Source: Geosiphon pyriformis uo1 (lineage: Eukaryota > Fungi > Glomeromycota). From it: 64,000 nt of DNA. The translations under genes were made by a program, and so were the position numbers. Every line of letters starts with the position of its first letter. Within the stretch, counting starts at the first letter, position 1. Positions 26,331 through 39,447 of the stretch are shown here, in pieces. The notes below the pieces were generated by a model. It made no database searches. It was not told where the DNA came from and saw nothing but the letters and a program-made list of their open reading frames with translations. The stretch lies in contig JAAOMT010000400.1 in assembly GCA_016748015.1 (NCBI GenBank), positions 446,035 through 510,034 of the forward strand, in the 5' to 3' direction.

Positions 26331-29300
26331 TTTTTAAAAAAATATATTATATTTAAAAATATTTTTAATAAATAAATAATTATAACAAAACAAATTAACA
26401 ACAAAATAATATTATTTATATTAAAAAAAAATTAGTTATTATAATAGAGATTTTAATTAAAATTTTATTTTATTTTTTTTTATTACAAGTTTTATAAATG
26501 AAGTCCAACTGCTATCTAATACATAGAACCAAATTAAGTGGAACCAACTAAATGCAGCTTATATACAGATTATATGTGGCTAGCCACTTGAACCAGACAA
26601 GGCACACTATGCACTTATGTTGACAAAAACACCACCATCCAAACCAGAAAAAAATTGACACAATTTGCATCTACCAAATCTAACAGTAAAGAATTTTATA
26701 ACACCAAGCATATGGACAACACCAGCCGACAATCTGGAAACCATACTGTCAGACAAGCCAGAAATCAAACTATTATCCCCAACCAAGCCAGCCTTTTCTA
26801 TATCTCTCCTATGCTTGGTCCTAATAGCCCATATCTTATTATGATGTAACTCTACCACAAATCTAATAAATTCAACAAGGACTGAAACAGCTTTTTTTTT
26901 TCCTCTCAAAAACTAAAACAGCTTTAGCATACCAATTTTCTATTACAAAATCCTTGCAAACCACTATAGAAAGACTTACATCCAAAGAACACAATGAGAG
27001 TGAAAGCAGAATAGCAGATGTAAATGGACTCAAAAGATCAGATATTAACAACCATTTTTTAGCAGCTTTAACCAAAATGTTCCCACAAAGACCAAAATTG
27101 CCAGAACAAATAAAAACATGGTCAGATAACTCTACCTCACTACACATCAAGCACAACACCTTAGCATAATTCTTCTTATACAACCTTTTTCTAACTGCAA
27201 CCAGCAACTGCCTATATACAGCCTTTATCAAATATGTGTGTAGATTGGCTGATTTCCTACTGGTAAACTCAGACAGCATATGTGAATCAGGGTGCCAAAC
27301 TGCCGCAGTAGTCCCCCAATTTATTTTCTTAATCATAATATCTGGAACAATATCAAAACCCAGACCAGCTTTCCAATAGACATGACATATTAACTGGTGT
27401 AAGTCTCAAACAAAATGATAAACATTACCAGATACAGCAGTTTTTTCAGCAACCAGAAACCTTTCTTGAATCCTAACCAGCAAAAAAAGAGATAAGGAAG
27501 TCACCTCATTGGCCAATACATCAGCCTTAATGTTGCTTACTATATCTAAATGTCCCTTAATTTTCACCTACTTAATTGAAACATTTTTACTCTTAAGGAG
27601 ATTGTTTATATGCAATTTTTTGATCCAACATTGGTTATGAAAATCAGGCATAGTGAAAAATTTTTTGAAAGTGCATGTATCAAATACAGATTGACTATCT
27701 GAATACAAAACCACTGAACATGAAAATAGAACACACTCTAAAGCCAATGCTACAGCCTACAATTCAATTAAAGTAGAGGACAAAAGCCCATCCACTCTAA
27801 TCCTAATACCTGCATTTGCAGCTGAAAAGTATACAATCACTTCACCTATCATCTTAGCAGAACCAGCACATCTTAAAGATCCATTTGTATAAATCTTAAT
27901 GCAATCAGACTACACTTCTAGTAAACTATCACAAACATCAAAAAATCTATCAGAATCTAAGACACTCAGCACATTTTTTCTACTAGTAAAAGTAGTTCTG
28001 ACCCCCAAAAAAATAGATTTGGTCATAAAATTAAATGTTAATGAGAATTATTGAAGCATTGGGCCTCTTGAATCCAACCATTTTCAATGACAAAATGTTT
28101 TCCAGTCTATTACCTTCCCTTTTTTATCAAGAAGTCTGTCACCAAATGCAACACCAAACTACTTCAATGACAAAACAGATTTGAAATACAAGAACTAACC
28201 CAAAATGCCAGATATCAGAAAGTTACTAAACTCACAAAAGGCACAAGACAAATTGTTTGTCAATGACAACTCATTTTCCAGAAAAATTTTCATCATCCCA
28301 GCCAGAAAATTGTTCACAAGACTAACACATAACCTAACCAGAAATTGTAAAAAATCCAGAGGAGATCATCCCAAAACTTGTAAATCTAAGAATCTATGAT
28401 TAAATAAGGATCCCAAAATACTATGGCTATTAGAGAATGAGATCAATAATGCCAGCTTTCCTTCAGACTGTACTTTCTCAAAGGGCTTCAAACCATACAA
28501 AAAAAGATGATACAAGATCTCACTGGGAAAATTATATGGCAAACCAGCTTTGGCTTTAAAATCTTTTCTAATCATAATATCCCACTTACAACACACAGCT
28601 AAAGAAATAAAACTGAATTGTGTATAATAGCTAACTATGAGTTGTAAGACTGCTGACACCAAATAACAGAATTGTTTGTTTGTAATAATTTTTTTTAATA
28701 CCACATTAAAAAAAAACTTGACATTCACATGAGCTTGAGCCAAACTGGGTTTAGAAAGACTCTCAGTTGACAGAAATATGCCTAAATATTGGTGTGGCTC
28801 TCCCTTTTTAACAATTGAAATTGGCAATCCATTAATCAACAGTGAGACATTCTTAATCTCCTAATTGATTGGAATAGCTACCATTTTATCAATATTAATT
28901 AAGATGTCATTAATCACAAAAAATTTACTAACAATGTTCAAAATATACTGTGTAGATATATGATTACTACCAATCTAAATTGTATCATCAACAAAGGCAC
29001 TAGCAGCCAAGAAAGAAGTTTTTTTTTTACTTGTCTCAATCTTGCCAAACTTAGCCATGAACCTAAAATCAATCCTATATCTGCATAAGTGTTTATGTCT
29101 TTTTACCTCACACAGAAATGGGTTATAAAAGATCCTTCAAAGTAGTAGAAAGAAAACCTCCCTCTAATTCAACCCATTATGTATCTTGTAACCTTCTGAG
29201 AGCCCAAAATCTATCATTACTCTGTTGATCCAGTTTTTATGGATGTTACCAAAAAATTGGATAAAGTGTTCACACATTTTAATGCAATACAAGCTTACTT

Positions 29301-30489
29301 GTAAATGATGTCAGCCTACTAAATCATAGGCTTTGTGCATGTTCTGTAGTATCAACCAAAGCTTTCTGTTTTTCTTCAGGGCATCTTCAACAACTGATCC
29401 AATAGTAAAAAATAAGAGACTGGGTGAAAGTACTCTTCAATACTGAAAAATTGTCACCATGAAGAACATTAAACTTGCTATAAGCCAATGATATCCAATC
29501 AGATAGAATCTTAGATAGTATTTTACATGCAGTATTAACTAATGTGATAGGCTTAGTATTTGTTAAAACATCATTCCATTTGTAAGGTTTCAGAATCATA
29601 GAAACTCATGTTTTCTTCCAAAGATCAGAAACCACACCTTGACTTAAACACAAATTCAATAGCCTCAAAAGACAAGCCAAAGCCTTCTTACTACAATGCT
29701 TTTAAAGTTCATTAAGTATCTTTGACAACCCAGCTGCTTTATTATTTGACAGGTTATCAACAACCAAGAACAATTTATTCACACCAATTTCATCTGTTAT
29801 ACCAGAGAAAGCATCATTATCTACATAATCTAGAGGCATATATTGTCAAAACCAAAGGTCAGACATTTTCGGGAGAATTAATTGCTTCTTTGTCCACTCT
29901 TCCATAATTTCATCAATCTTGAGCATCATCTTTATAGGCTCAACTACCAGCTCATTATTCATTACCAAGTGATCCAAAACTACTTTGTGAAATGGGCATT
30001 CCAGAATGCTCTTTATCATTCTCTCTTTGTCAAAACAAAAATTTTCCATATGGTAGTCAATAACCTTTCTTATAGCAGTATTTTTAGCAATCTTAGACTT
30101 ACAATATTTGGACTTCCAATACTTTTTCTTTATCACTGACAAATGCTTAACCAGCTTTACTGAGCTCACACCAGTCAAAATCATGCTATCAATCTTGGAA
30201 GCTTTAATACTATCAATAGCCAACCAGATCTTAATAAAATGGTTGAAATTCAAAAGATCACCAGAATTCCAACATTTCAAAACTTTTACAATAAGCAGTT
30301 CTAATTTAAAAAATCTCGAAAATTGTTTATTCTTTGAACAATTATATTTACTATACCAAATCTTAAAAAAAACTGTATTGACAGCTTGTACTATGGCCTC
30401 TTTCAGCATTTTTCACATTGTATTTAAGTCACTATTGTCTTCTGCCTCTTCAAATATATCTGATCTAGCCAACAACTCAGCAGACATAT

Positions 30490-31447
30490 TGTTACTTATA
30501 AAATATAGGAAGTATATTAGCATATAAATTAGCCAATTATAGGTAAACATAGTAAATGTGGAATTCCAGAATTCCTCTTAGAGGAATTGCAGGATTCCAG
30601 AAATTACAAGATTCTCATAGAAAGAATCGCAGGATTCCAGAATTCCAAAATTCCTCTCAAAAGAATTGCAGAATTTTAGGATTCCTGACATGAAAAATTG
30701 AAAAATTGAGGAATCTCAAATATGTATATATAGCAGTAGTATCAAAAGTTAGAAAATTAGTTAATGAGACTCAGAGTTAATTGATTTGTAGAGTCAATTA
30801 GATTCATAGAATCAATTAGACTCACAAAATCATAATTATTAAAATTACAAAAAAAAAAGAATCTTTTAGTTAAAGACCTTCCAGTTTAGATTTCATCTAA
30901 ACAACTTTTCAATCCACAAATATCAATAAATAATTATTTTTTATCTTAATTCTACTCTCCACTATCAACACTTTATGTTGATAGTAATTGATACTTAACC
31001 ATACTGGAACAATAGCTCTTAATCATAGCTATTGACAGGATACTAATATTTATTGCCTTGGCTTATCTTTTTTATTTTCTTTTATTTTCTGTTATTTCTT
31101 TGTTTTACTAATTACTTGAAGATTAAGCACTAAGTTATTGACATCATGAATAGTTTGGTAAAAGACCCCAAAGGAAGGATATAGGAATTGAGAATTTAAG
31201 AATAGCTTACCAGAAGAGCATCTTTGCCAAAATTACCAGCCACTATACTAAGAAAAAAATTTGACAGAATTGCGATTCTGGAAGGCAACTGGAAAAACAA
31301 TTGAATTTCTGTCTATTATACAAAGAACTCAATTCTAAAACCTTTAGATACAACTAATGTACCAATATTACCAGCATTATCAAGATATTGAGCACCAAGT
31401 TATGGATTTGTTATTTGATTTGAGACCCCAAATTATCATCTGTAACA
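30490..31447 (+). repeat. 5' LTR
   Basis: TGTTAC...TGTAACA; TATA-like TATATATAG at ~30725; AATAAA at 30925-30930. Confidence 0.93.
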
Positions 31448-31449
31448 TT

Positions 31450-31465
31450 TGGTGCTCTCTGTGAG
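31450..31465 (+). promoter_or_regulatory. Primer-binding site TGGTGCTCTCTGTGAG
   Basis: Two nt after the LTR end; starts TGG (complement of tRNA CCA). Decayed versions at ~7151-7167 and ~18668-18683. Confidence 0.85.
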
Positions 31466-31709
31466 ATATAATCTAACAAAAAACCAGCACCAACAACAAC
31501 CATACAGGAAAGTGGCAAACCAAAAGAAAACAAAAGAAAATTATTTAGGATTCACGAAATTTTTATTTTATCATTACCTTTAAAAAACTTGTTAAATTAA
31601 AACTCTAATTATTCAAAACCTAATTATTAAAACCCCGAACATTCAAAAATTATTGTTGATAAACTCGTTAAAAAAAAAAAAAAAAAAAAAAAAAACATAA
31701 AATAAAAAA

Positions 31710-31729
31710 NNNNNNNNNNNNNNNNNNNN
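31710..31729. other. Assembly gap (20 N)
   Basis: N run. AAACTCGTTAAA occurs on both sides, suggesting overlapping contig ends. Confidence 0.99.
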
Positions 31730-31769
<40 letters not shown>

Positions 31770-32701
31770 GTTAAATTAAAACTTTGTTTATTCAAAACCC
31801 AATAATTTCAACCCTGCTATTATATAAAGAAACTTACCTTTGATAAAACTTATTAAAATCCTGACCTGATAGTTCAAAATCCGAACATTTAAAACCTAAT
31901 AAATTTCAATCTCGCTAATGTAAAAAGAAACTTATCTTTGGTAAAACTCATTAAAAGTTAAAACTCCAAACATTTGAAATCCAATAAGTCCAACCTCACT
32001 ATTGGACAAGAAAACTTATCTCAGATAAAACCTATTAAACCTCTAGAAATTCAAAACTCCAATTATTTAAAGACCTGGTGGAAGAATTCCAGAAAAAACT
32101 ATCCAGATTCATACTTACCTATGTGAAAACTGCCTTCTTCTATGCCAAAAGTCAGCATTGAGAAAGTGTCAATATGAAAAAGACTTAAAGAAGAAAAAGA
32201 AATTTGAGAATCAGCAGTACCAAAATTGATTAACATATTATCAAAACTCACCTGATGGTCTCAAGTTACAATCCACTTCCACACATCATATATTTGAACT
32301 CCAAGAAAGACAAACCAATCAGTGAGAATTGGAATCGGAACTTAATTCTGATTCAAACTCCACTGATGATGACAACAATTCAAACTCTACTAAATAACAA
32401 TGATAATTTAAACTCCGCCAATAATAATTCAAATTCCACTTCAAATACTGAACAATATATCATGCTTCTAAATCTTACAATAGAGCAGGAATTAACTAAA
32501 TTCAGTGATAATAATAAGGGCATTATGTCTGAACATGCACATAATACAGATACAAGATTTGAACGTAGATATTTTAAACAGATCACTACAGTTAAAAACT
32601 CCAGTCATGTATAAAATTAGATTTACAAATAGCAATAGAAATTACCACAACAACATTGATACAAAAAAGAGATTTAGAAGATTTTATAGGAGCTCAATAT
32701 T

Positions 32702-32715
32702 AAAAGAGAGAATAA
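32702..32715 (+). promoter_or_regulatory. Polypurine tract
   Basis: AAAAGAGAGAATAA immediately before the 3' LTR. Confidence 0.75.
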
Positions 32716-33683
32716 TGTTACTCATAAAATATAGGAAGTATATTAGCATATAAATTAGCCAATCATAAGTAGACATAGTAAATGTAGAATTCTAGGATTC
32801 TTCTTAGAGGAATTGCAGGATTCCAGAAATTACAAGATTCTCATAGAAAGAATTGCAGGATTCCAGAATTCCAAAATTCCTCTCAAAAGAATTGCAGAAT
32901 TTCAGGATTTCTGATATGAAGAATTGAGGAATTGAGGAATCTCAAATATGTATATATAGCAGTAGTATCAAAAGTTAGAAAATTAGTTAATGGGACTCAG
33001 AGTTAATTGATTTGTAGAGTTAATTAGACTCATAGAATCAATTAGACTCACAAAATCATAATTATTAAAATTACAAAAAAAAAAGAATCCTTTAGTTAAA
33101 AACCTTCCAGTTTAGATTTCATCTAAGCAACTTTTCAATCCACAAATATCAATAAATAATTATTTTTTATCTTAATTCCACTTTCCACTATCAACACTTT
33201 ATGTTGATAGTAATTAATACTTAACCATACTGGAACAATAGCTCTTGATTATAGCTATTGACAAGATACTAATATTCATTGTCTTGGCTTATCTCTTTTA
33301 TTTTCTTTTATTTTCTGTTATTTCTTTGTTTTACTAATTACTTGAAAATTAAGCACTAAGTTATTGACATCATGAATAGCCTGGTAAAAGACCCCAAAGG
33401 AAAGATATAGAAATTAAAAATTTAAGAATTTAAGGATAGCTTACCAGAAGAGCATCTCTGCCAAGATTACCAGCCACTATTCTGAGAAAAAATTCGACAG
33501 AATTGCAATTCTGGGAGATGACTGAAAAGACAACCATTAAATTTCTGTCCATTATACAAAAAATTCAACTTTAAAATCTTCAGATACAACTAACGTACCA
33601 GTATTACCAGTATTATCAAGATATTGAGCACTAAGTTATGGATTTGTTATTTGATTTAAGACCCCAAATAATCATCTGTAACA
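32716..33683 (+). repeat. 3' LTR
   Basis: Near-identical to 30490-31447. Confidence 0.93.
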
Positions 33684-34044
33684 ATATGGTCTTTAAAGCT
33701 CAGTCATTGAACATTACTTACATCCTTTAAATTAAATTTCTACTGGTTTCTGTTGGTTTGCCTGCAAATACTAATAAGATGGACATCCAGTAGTCCACCC
33801 AGACCAATTGAAACTGAAACTAACTTATGATTTGTATTAAAAAACTCAGACATATCATTGACTTTATATGATGCAATAGTGGATGCCAAATTTCTACTTA
33901 TTAGAATAAAATCAATTACACTCTTAACACTACTAAAATTGTTCCAAATAGTAGCTTTGGCCAGTAAGTGTCCATCAAAAGTGTTAACTAGGCCCAACCC
34001 CAAACAGAACTTGAAACTTGCACTCTTCTGAGATCTATTTTCAT

Positions 34045-37000
34045 AAAACTAAAATAAATAATAGTATTAACTAACTTATTTGCAATTATATTATTCAAAA
34101 TATTAAAATAATTTTTTATCTTAATTTACTTTATATTAATGTTTTTATTATGTACAAAATTACAAATCTGTTTTTTTTTAATTTAATAATTATTATAAAC
34201 ATTAAACTTAAATAAATTAATTTTTAAAACACAAGTATTAAGTACTATCTAATTATTTAAATAAATATTAACTATATTAAATAAAAATGTATTTAAGAAC
34301 CAGCAAAATAATTTGTAATTTAGTAAAAGTTAATAAAACCAAACTAAATACATATTAATATTTAATTTAAGATTATCAAAAAACATAATAGTTCTATTTA
34401 CAACTTTATAAAAACCCAAACTTTTTAATGAATTAATTATAAAAATATTTATAATTAACAGTTTTATCTTAATTAAACACTTTTTAATAATTAGTAAATT
34501 ATATAAAAAAAATATTCTAATAAATTAAGTTGTAAAAAAAAAACTCTATTTATATTACTATTAAATTTGTTTTAAAAAAACTGAATTGCAATAATAAATT
34601 AATAAGATACTAAACTCTTAAGATCAAGTTTTTTTACTAACAAAAAGTTTTTTAATTAAAAATATTACTATGATTGTTTATTAACTACTTACCAAAAGTT
34701 ATATTAAACTTTTTAAAGACTTTATAATTTCAAAATATAATTTTGCATTCAAAATAATAAAAATAAAAATATAATCTATGCTTAAAAATACCAAAAAAAC
34801 AAAACTAACCAAAAAAATATTACAGTTTAACAAAATTTTAACAATACTAATTAAAAAGTTATTTACTAAACAAATATATAACTTAATAAAACACATCAAA
34901 AAGTTTATTAAAACTTAACCAAAAACCTAAAATCTGTAAATCTATAATAAAAAAACTAACCTATTATATTTGAAACATTAAAAAAAACTAATATAGTAAT
35001 TTTGTTTTTAGTTTAAATAATTTAAAACTATATAAAAATAAATAATATAAAGTTTTATTTGAAAAGTTTTTAAATAAATTTGTCTTAACTTTTAAACTTT
35101 TACATATTATTGTATTTTATTTTCTATATACACTTTTTAAAACAAAGCTAAACTGTAATTTATAATTAATTATAAACTAAAAAACAGTAAAAACTAAATA
35201 CAAAAACTGTTTATTAGAAACAGTTTTTCTTAAAACTATATTAATATAAAATTTAATATCAGTATAAGCTTTAAAAAAACTGGATTTAAAAAGTCTATCT
35301 ATAAACAAAAAAATTACCAAATAATAATACAATTTATTTTTTTTGGTAATTGTAATAAAAAAGTTACTAATAGATAAAAAAACAACAACAATATATTTAT
35401 TTATTAGTATGATTACAGTTTTGTTAATATTAATAAAAATATTGTTAATCTTAAAAAATTTACTAGCCAAATTAAAAATATATTATATTATATTATAACT
35501 GTTTCTAATTTATATTATATTATTTATAAAAGTTTTAACTACTAAATATAATATAAACATAATTAAATTCAATTTAATAATCAAAAAACTGTTTATATTT
35601 TTTTATTTTATATAAAAGATAATTATAAAAAATATGTTATGGAAAATTTTATTTTAATTCAGATTATTATAAACTTAATAACCATTAATTAAATTAAAAT
35701 TAGTTATAACATAATTTATCTTATTAATATAAATACTATTAAAAAATTTAATAAACTTAAAGCACATTTTAATTTTTGTAAACTATTTATTAAATATATT
35801 TATTCAACAAAATTATATGCTTTTTTTATGTTTTATAGCACTAATTATATTTTATAATTTTTTTTATGACATTTTTTATGACAAATTCAACAGTAAAAAT
35901 TGGTAAAAAGATCAAAAACTGGGAAGTTGTTACTATAAAAAATACTAAACTTATTATATATTTTAGAAATCTAATTTAAAAGTAATTTTAACAAAATTTT
36001 ACAAGTAGTTTTAATTAAGATATTTTTTTAATTATATAGTTTAAGTATTATTAAAACTTAAGCATATTTTAATTAAATAGATACAAATTCTAAAATCAAA
36101 TATAAATTCAATAATATCAAAAGTAAATTCCAAATGTTAATATTATAATATTGCTATAATTTATTTAAAATACCAAAAAGTTTAATTGTTTTGTTTTTAA
36201 AAAATAAATAAATTACTACAAAAAGTTTACTTATAAAAATTTAACTTAATATTTTTAAGAAAACATCATTGTTCACAAAATTTAAAAAATATACTAATAT
36301 TATTATATAATAAAAACTATGTTAGAAATAATATGTTTTTTAGTTTATCTTAATATAATTAAATTTACAGATAATTTAATCTTATTAAAAACCAAAACAA
36401 ATTTATTATTAATTATTAAATAATTTAATACTATTTTATAAAAAAAGTATTTTAAAATACTATATATTATATAATTTTTATTATTAATAAAATTTTTTAT
36501 TTATTAATTAATTATATTAATTCTAATTAATTTAATATTATAAAATTTTTAAAACTTTTTAATATAATATTTTTTTTAATTTGCAAAAAGCCAAACTAAT
36601 AGTATTAAAATTCAAATTATTTTATACAAGTCTTCAAATAACTTCAATTATATTAGAATTAAATTTCAATTATTTATATATAAATTTGATAAAATTTACA
36701 ACTTTAATTAATAAAGTATATTTAAGTATCTTAGAAACTAAGAATTTTAAACCCAAAAAATAAAAAAAATAAAAGTTTTTAATATATAATATTTTATCTA
36801 TTTACATTTTAAAAAATACTTACCTTATAGTAAAACATATAATATCTTTAATATATTTTTATATTATATTTAAATTTTTTTTATACTTGTTTTTTCAAAA
36901 TTATATTTAATAACATTTAATTTTTGTGAAATAATATTCTTAAATTTGATTTATTTTATATTATTTATATATTTAAAATTAAATTTCTAATAGTTTTTAT

Positions 37001-37053
37001 TGTTTTGTTTTCTTAAATTTTAAAATATAGTATTTAAAAATTTTTTTAGCTTT
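34045..37053 (-). mobile_element. LINE-B ORF2 (very old, almost GC-free), middle part
   Basis: ORFs 35177-35470 and 34699-34899 match the RT region of LINE ORF2. Decayed RNase H motif (WVKVKGHSG..GN..ADKLA equivalent) at ~34050-34140. Confidence 0.75.
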
Positions 37054-37060
37054 AATAAAA

Positions 37061-39440
37061 TACAGACAGCCTAATAATTTGTAGAAAAAAATTTCTGTAT
37101 TTCAATATACTATAAATAATTATTATATTAATTAAAAAAAATAATAATAATGAATAATCTCTCTTTGTCTTTTTAATTTTATGACCACGATCAAAGCAAA
37201 GAGTAAAAAAGCTGTACCTGATATCTGTTCTGAGATATCTAATAAAATTTCAATCAAAAAAGCTCTCTCTGTTATCAAAGCAACTAGGCAAAATGTTTTA
37301 AAAGTCTTTCCTTTACTCAGTAATTGTAATAAGCTGTCTTTGGTAGCCACTGAAGCAACTTCTTTATTTTTGGCTAGTTTTTTATCAGTTAAAGTTCCCT
37401 CAAAAAAACACACTTGGATTAGTCTCAGTGTTGCCTCCATCCCAACTAAAACCCCAAAAGTTTTTAATAATAGACCAATAAATAAGCTGGTTTTTCTCTC
37501 TATAGATTCAACACCTGATGCTATTAGCACCACTTTTTCAAAAAAAATGGTCAAAAAGACCAAAAGTTCAGAAAAATGAGGGCAGTCACTTGCCTCTGCT
37601 ATTGTTACACCAAACCCATTTGTGGTTCCCAATGAAATCTTAAATGAAATTTCCATAGCATCATCTGACACATTATCCAAAATAAGCTTAGATCAATTAC
37701 TAACTATGTTGCTAAATATGGTGTCTTCCAGTAGATCATTATCAGTTTTAGAAGCAAAACAATTTTTTTCTGTTGGGTTATCTGTTCTTAAGAACTGGGC
37801 TGATCAAATAGAAACTGAATTATCTTTTCCTTTAGTTTCTAGTGCTACTTTTGATAGTACTTGGGAAACTATTACTAGTCATCAAAGATTTGCTAAGTGA
37901 GTGGCCTCTACTCTGGTATCTGATGCTACTTTTAAGATCAAATTGGCTTATATTAAAGCTGTTTTTTAGTTAGTACATGGTTTTTTGGATGCAAAATCAG
38001 TATTAAAAGACAATATGAAGCTGTTTTGTGTAGAGTTTGCTTCTTAAGTGTCTTTAAAAGCTGTATTTTTGGTTGAGTTTACAAGCTCTGTACATTTGGT
38101 CACCCTCAAAATTGCCAAGTCTTTGGTAATTTCTAAGTTTGGTTCCCCTTTTGCTGCTGTTGTGCTGTGTAATGTGCCCTTGAGTGTATCTGCTACTGAT
38201 ATTAAGACAGCTCTCAGTGTGTTTGGTAGTGTCACTCATATTGTGCTGAAGCCTGTTAGCATTTGGCAGTATATGGTGGTTTATTTTGAGAAGTTGGATT
38301 CTGTTGTATCTGCTTTGAATCATTGATCAGTCTTGGTAGGCAAGAATAGTATTAGAATTCTTCCTCTGGTGAATTAAAATGAAACTATTTTGTTTTGTGA
38401 TAAGTTTAAAGCCAAGTTGGTTAATCTTCTTTCTGAATACACAGCTTTTGAGATTAGTAATATGATTTCTCAAGTTGGTAGTTGAACATGTTTTATTCTT
38501 CATTTTCTTGAATCTGGTTGTCATTCCCAGTTTGTTCTGGTTACATTTGGTTCCCAAGCTGATTTGGACTTTGCTATTATCAAAACTGGTACACTGAGGA
38601 AATGCTATATTTGGTGGGAAACTTCTAGTTGTTGGTGTTGTTTCAAGTGTTAAGAGCTAGGCCATCTGGCTGTGGACTGTAAGGTTTTTTCGTCTCTTCC
38701 TCCCAAGTTTTCCAAGATGTTTATACCATGCTTTGTTGGTTCTAAGTCTTATACTAAGGCTTCTGCTCTCTTAAGCTCTTCTGAATTTTTATCTCTGTTA
38801 CCTCTTGTCTTTTTTCTAATTGTTGTTGGTGATTTTTTGGTGCTGTTTCATTTGTTTTCTTTGAAATCTGATTTAATTAAGCTTTTTGCTTTGGTTAAAT
38901 CTATTGTTAAGCCTATTGGCTCTTTGGTTACAACTTTTGAACAGTTTATTAATAGTAATTTGGTTTCAAGTAGTGCTCTTGGTCTTAGAATCAATGAGGT
39001 TTTGGTGCATATGGGTTCTTTTAGTAGGACTGTTAGTAAGTTGGAGAAAGAAATAGTTTCTTTAAAAAAAAAATACTGCATAGAAGACATTGATATATTT
39101 GGTGATTCAGAGCTTCCACTTGTTGTGGATAATGAGATGTTTTCCAACTTAATGTTTTTTTGAGAGCATGAGTCTGTTAATGTTAAAACTGATCCCTTTA
39201 AAACTGCCGAGTGACTAGTTGGTTTGGTTTCTTACAATGCAACTTTGTTTTTTGTCATTCAAAAGATGTTGTTTTTGGGTAAGTTTTTTTTTGTAGCATT
39301 AGCATAGTGTGTTCTTGACTGGTCCAAGTGACTGGTTACATGTAGAAAATACATGATTAGCACCTAGTTTAGATCACTTAGTTTGATGTATTGTTTTAGG
39401 TAACTTTTGGAGCTTATTTGTTAAACTTTAAAAAAAAAAA
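37061..39440 (+). mobile_element. ORF1-only non-autonomous non-LTR element (HAL1-like 'half-LINE')
   Basis: Single ORF1-like frame, then a LINE-type 3' UTR and poly-A; candidate TSD AATAAAA (37054-37060 / 39441-39447); no ORF2. Confidence 0.82.
37181..39307 (+). pseudogene. ORF1-like protein (~708 codons; RRM-like, CCHC knuckle CFKC.ELGHLAVDC, coiled coil) with in-frame nonsense mutations
   Basis: ORF-track pieces starting at 37181, 37622, 38048 and 38672 and the final TAG (39305-39307) are all in one frame. The stops are TGA/TAG/TAA derivable from TGG/CAG/CAA/CGA. Confidence 0.82.
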
Positions 39441-39447
39441 AATAAAA

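Larger units (their letters stand above)
30490..33683 (+). mobile_element. Complete non-autonomous LTR element (two ~960-bp LTRs, ~1.27-kb internal region)
   Basis: LTRs 30490-31447 and 32716-33683, exact ATAT TSD, PBS 31450-31465, PPT 32702-32715. The internal region has only gag N-terminal/IQNPN-type repeats and a truncated dUTPase start. Confidence 0.92.
26471..34044 (-). mobile_element. LINE-A, 3' half (rest of APE, RT, RNase H, zinc finger, 3' UTR, poly-A), interrupted by an LTR element
   Basis: ORFs 33740-34003, 29846-30409, 29387-29599, 28366-28839, 26872-27336 and 26607-26909 match ORF2 of the element at 46502-51171. 3' UTR ~26483-26606, poly-T on + at ~26471-26482. Confidence 0.9.

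Noticed and set aside
30990-31070. LTR segment resembling U1 snRNA (ATACTTA.CC, GATCA.G, CATTGC) and a TACTAAC branch-point-like motif in some copies
   Set aside because: Motif spacing and loops are incomplete, there is no Sm site, and no conserved splice donor across copies; better explained as LTR U5 structure.
30490-33683. Retrozyme (hammerhead-containing non-autonomous LTR element)
   Set aside because: I could not find a CTGANGA...GAAA hammerhead core in the LTRs.
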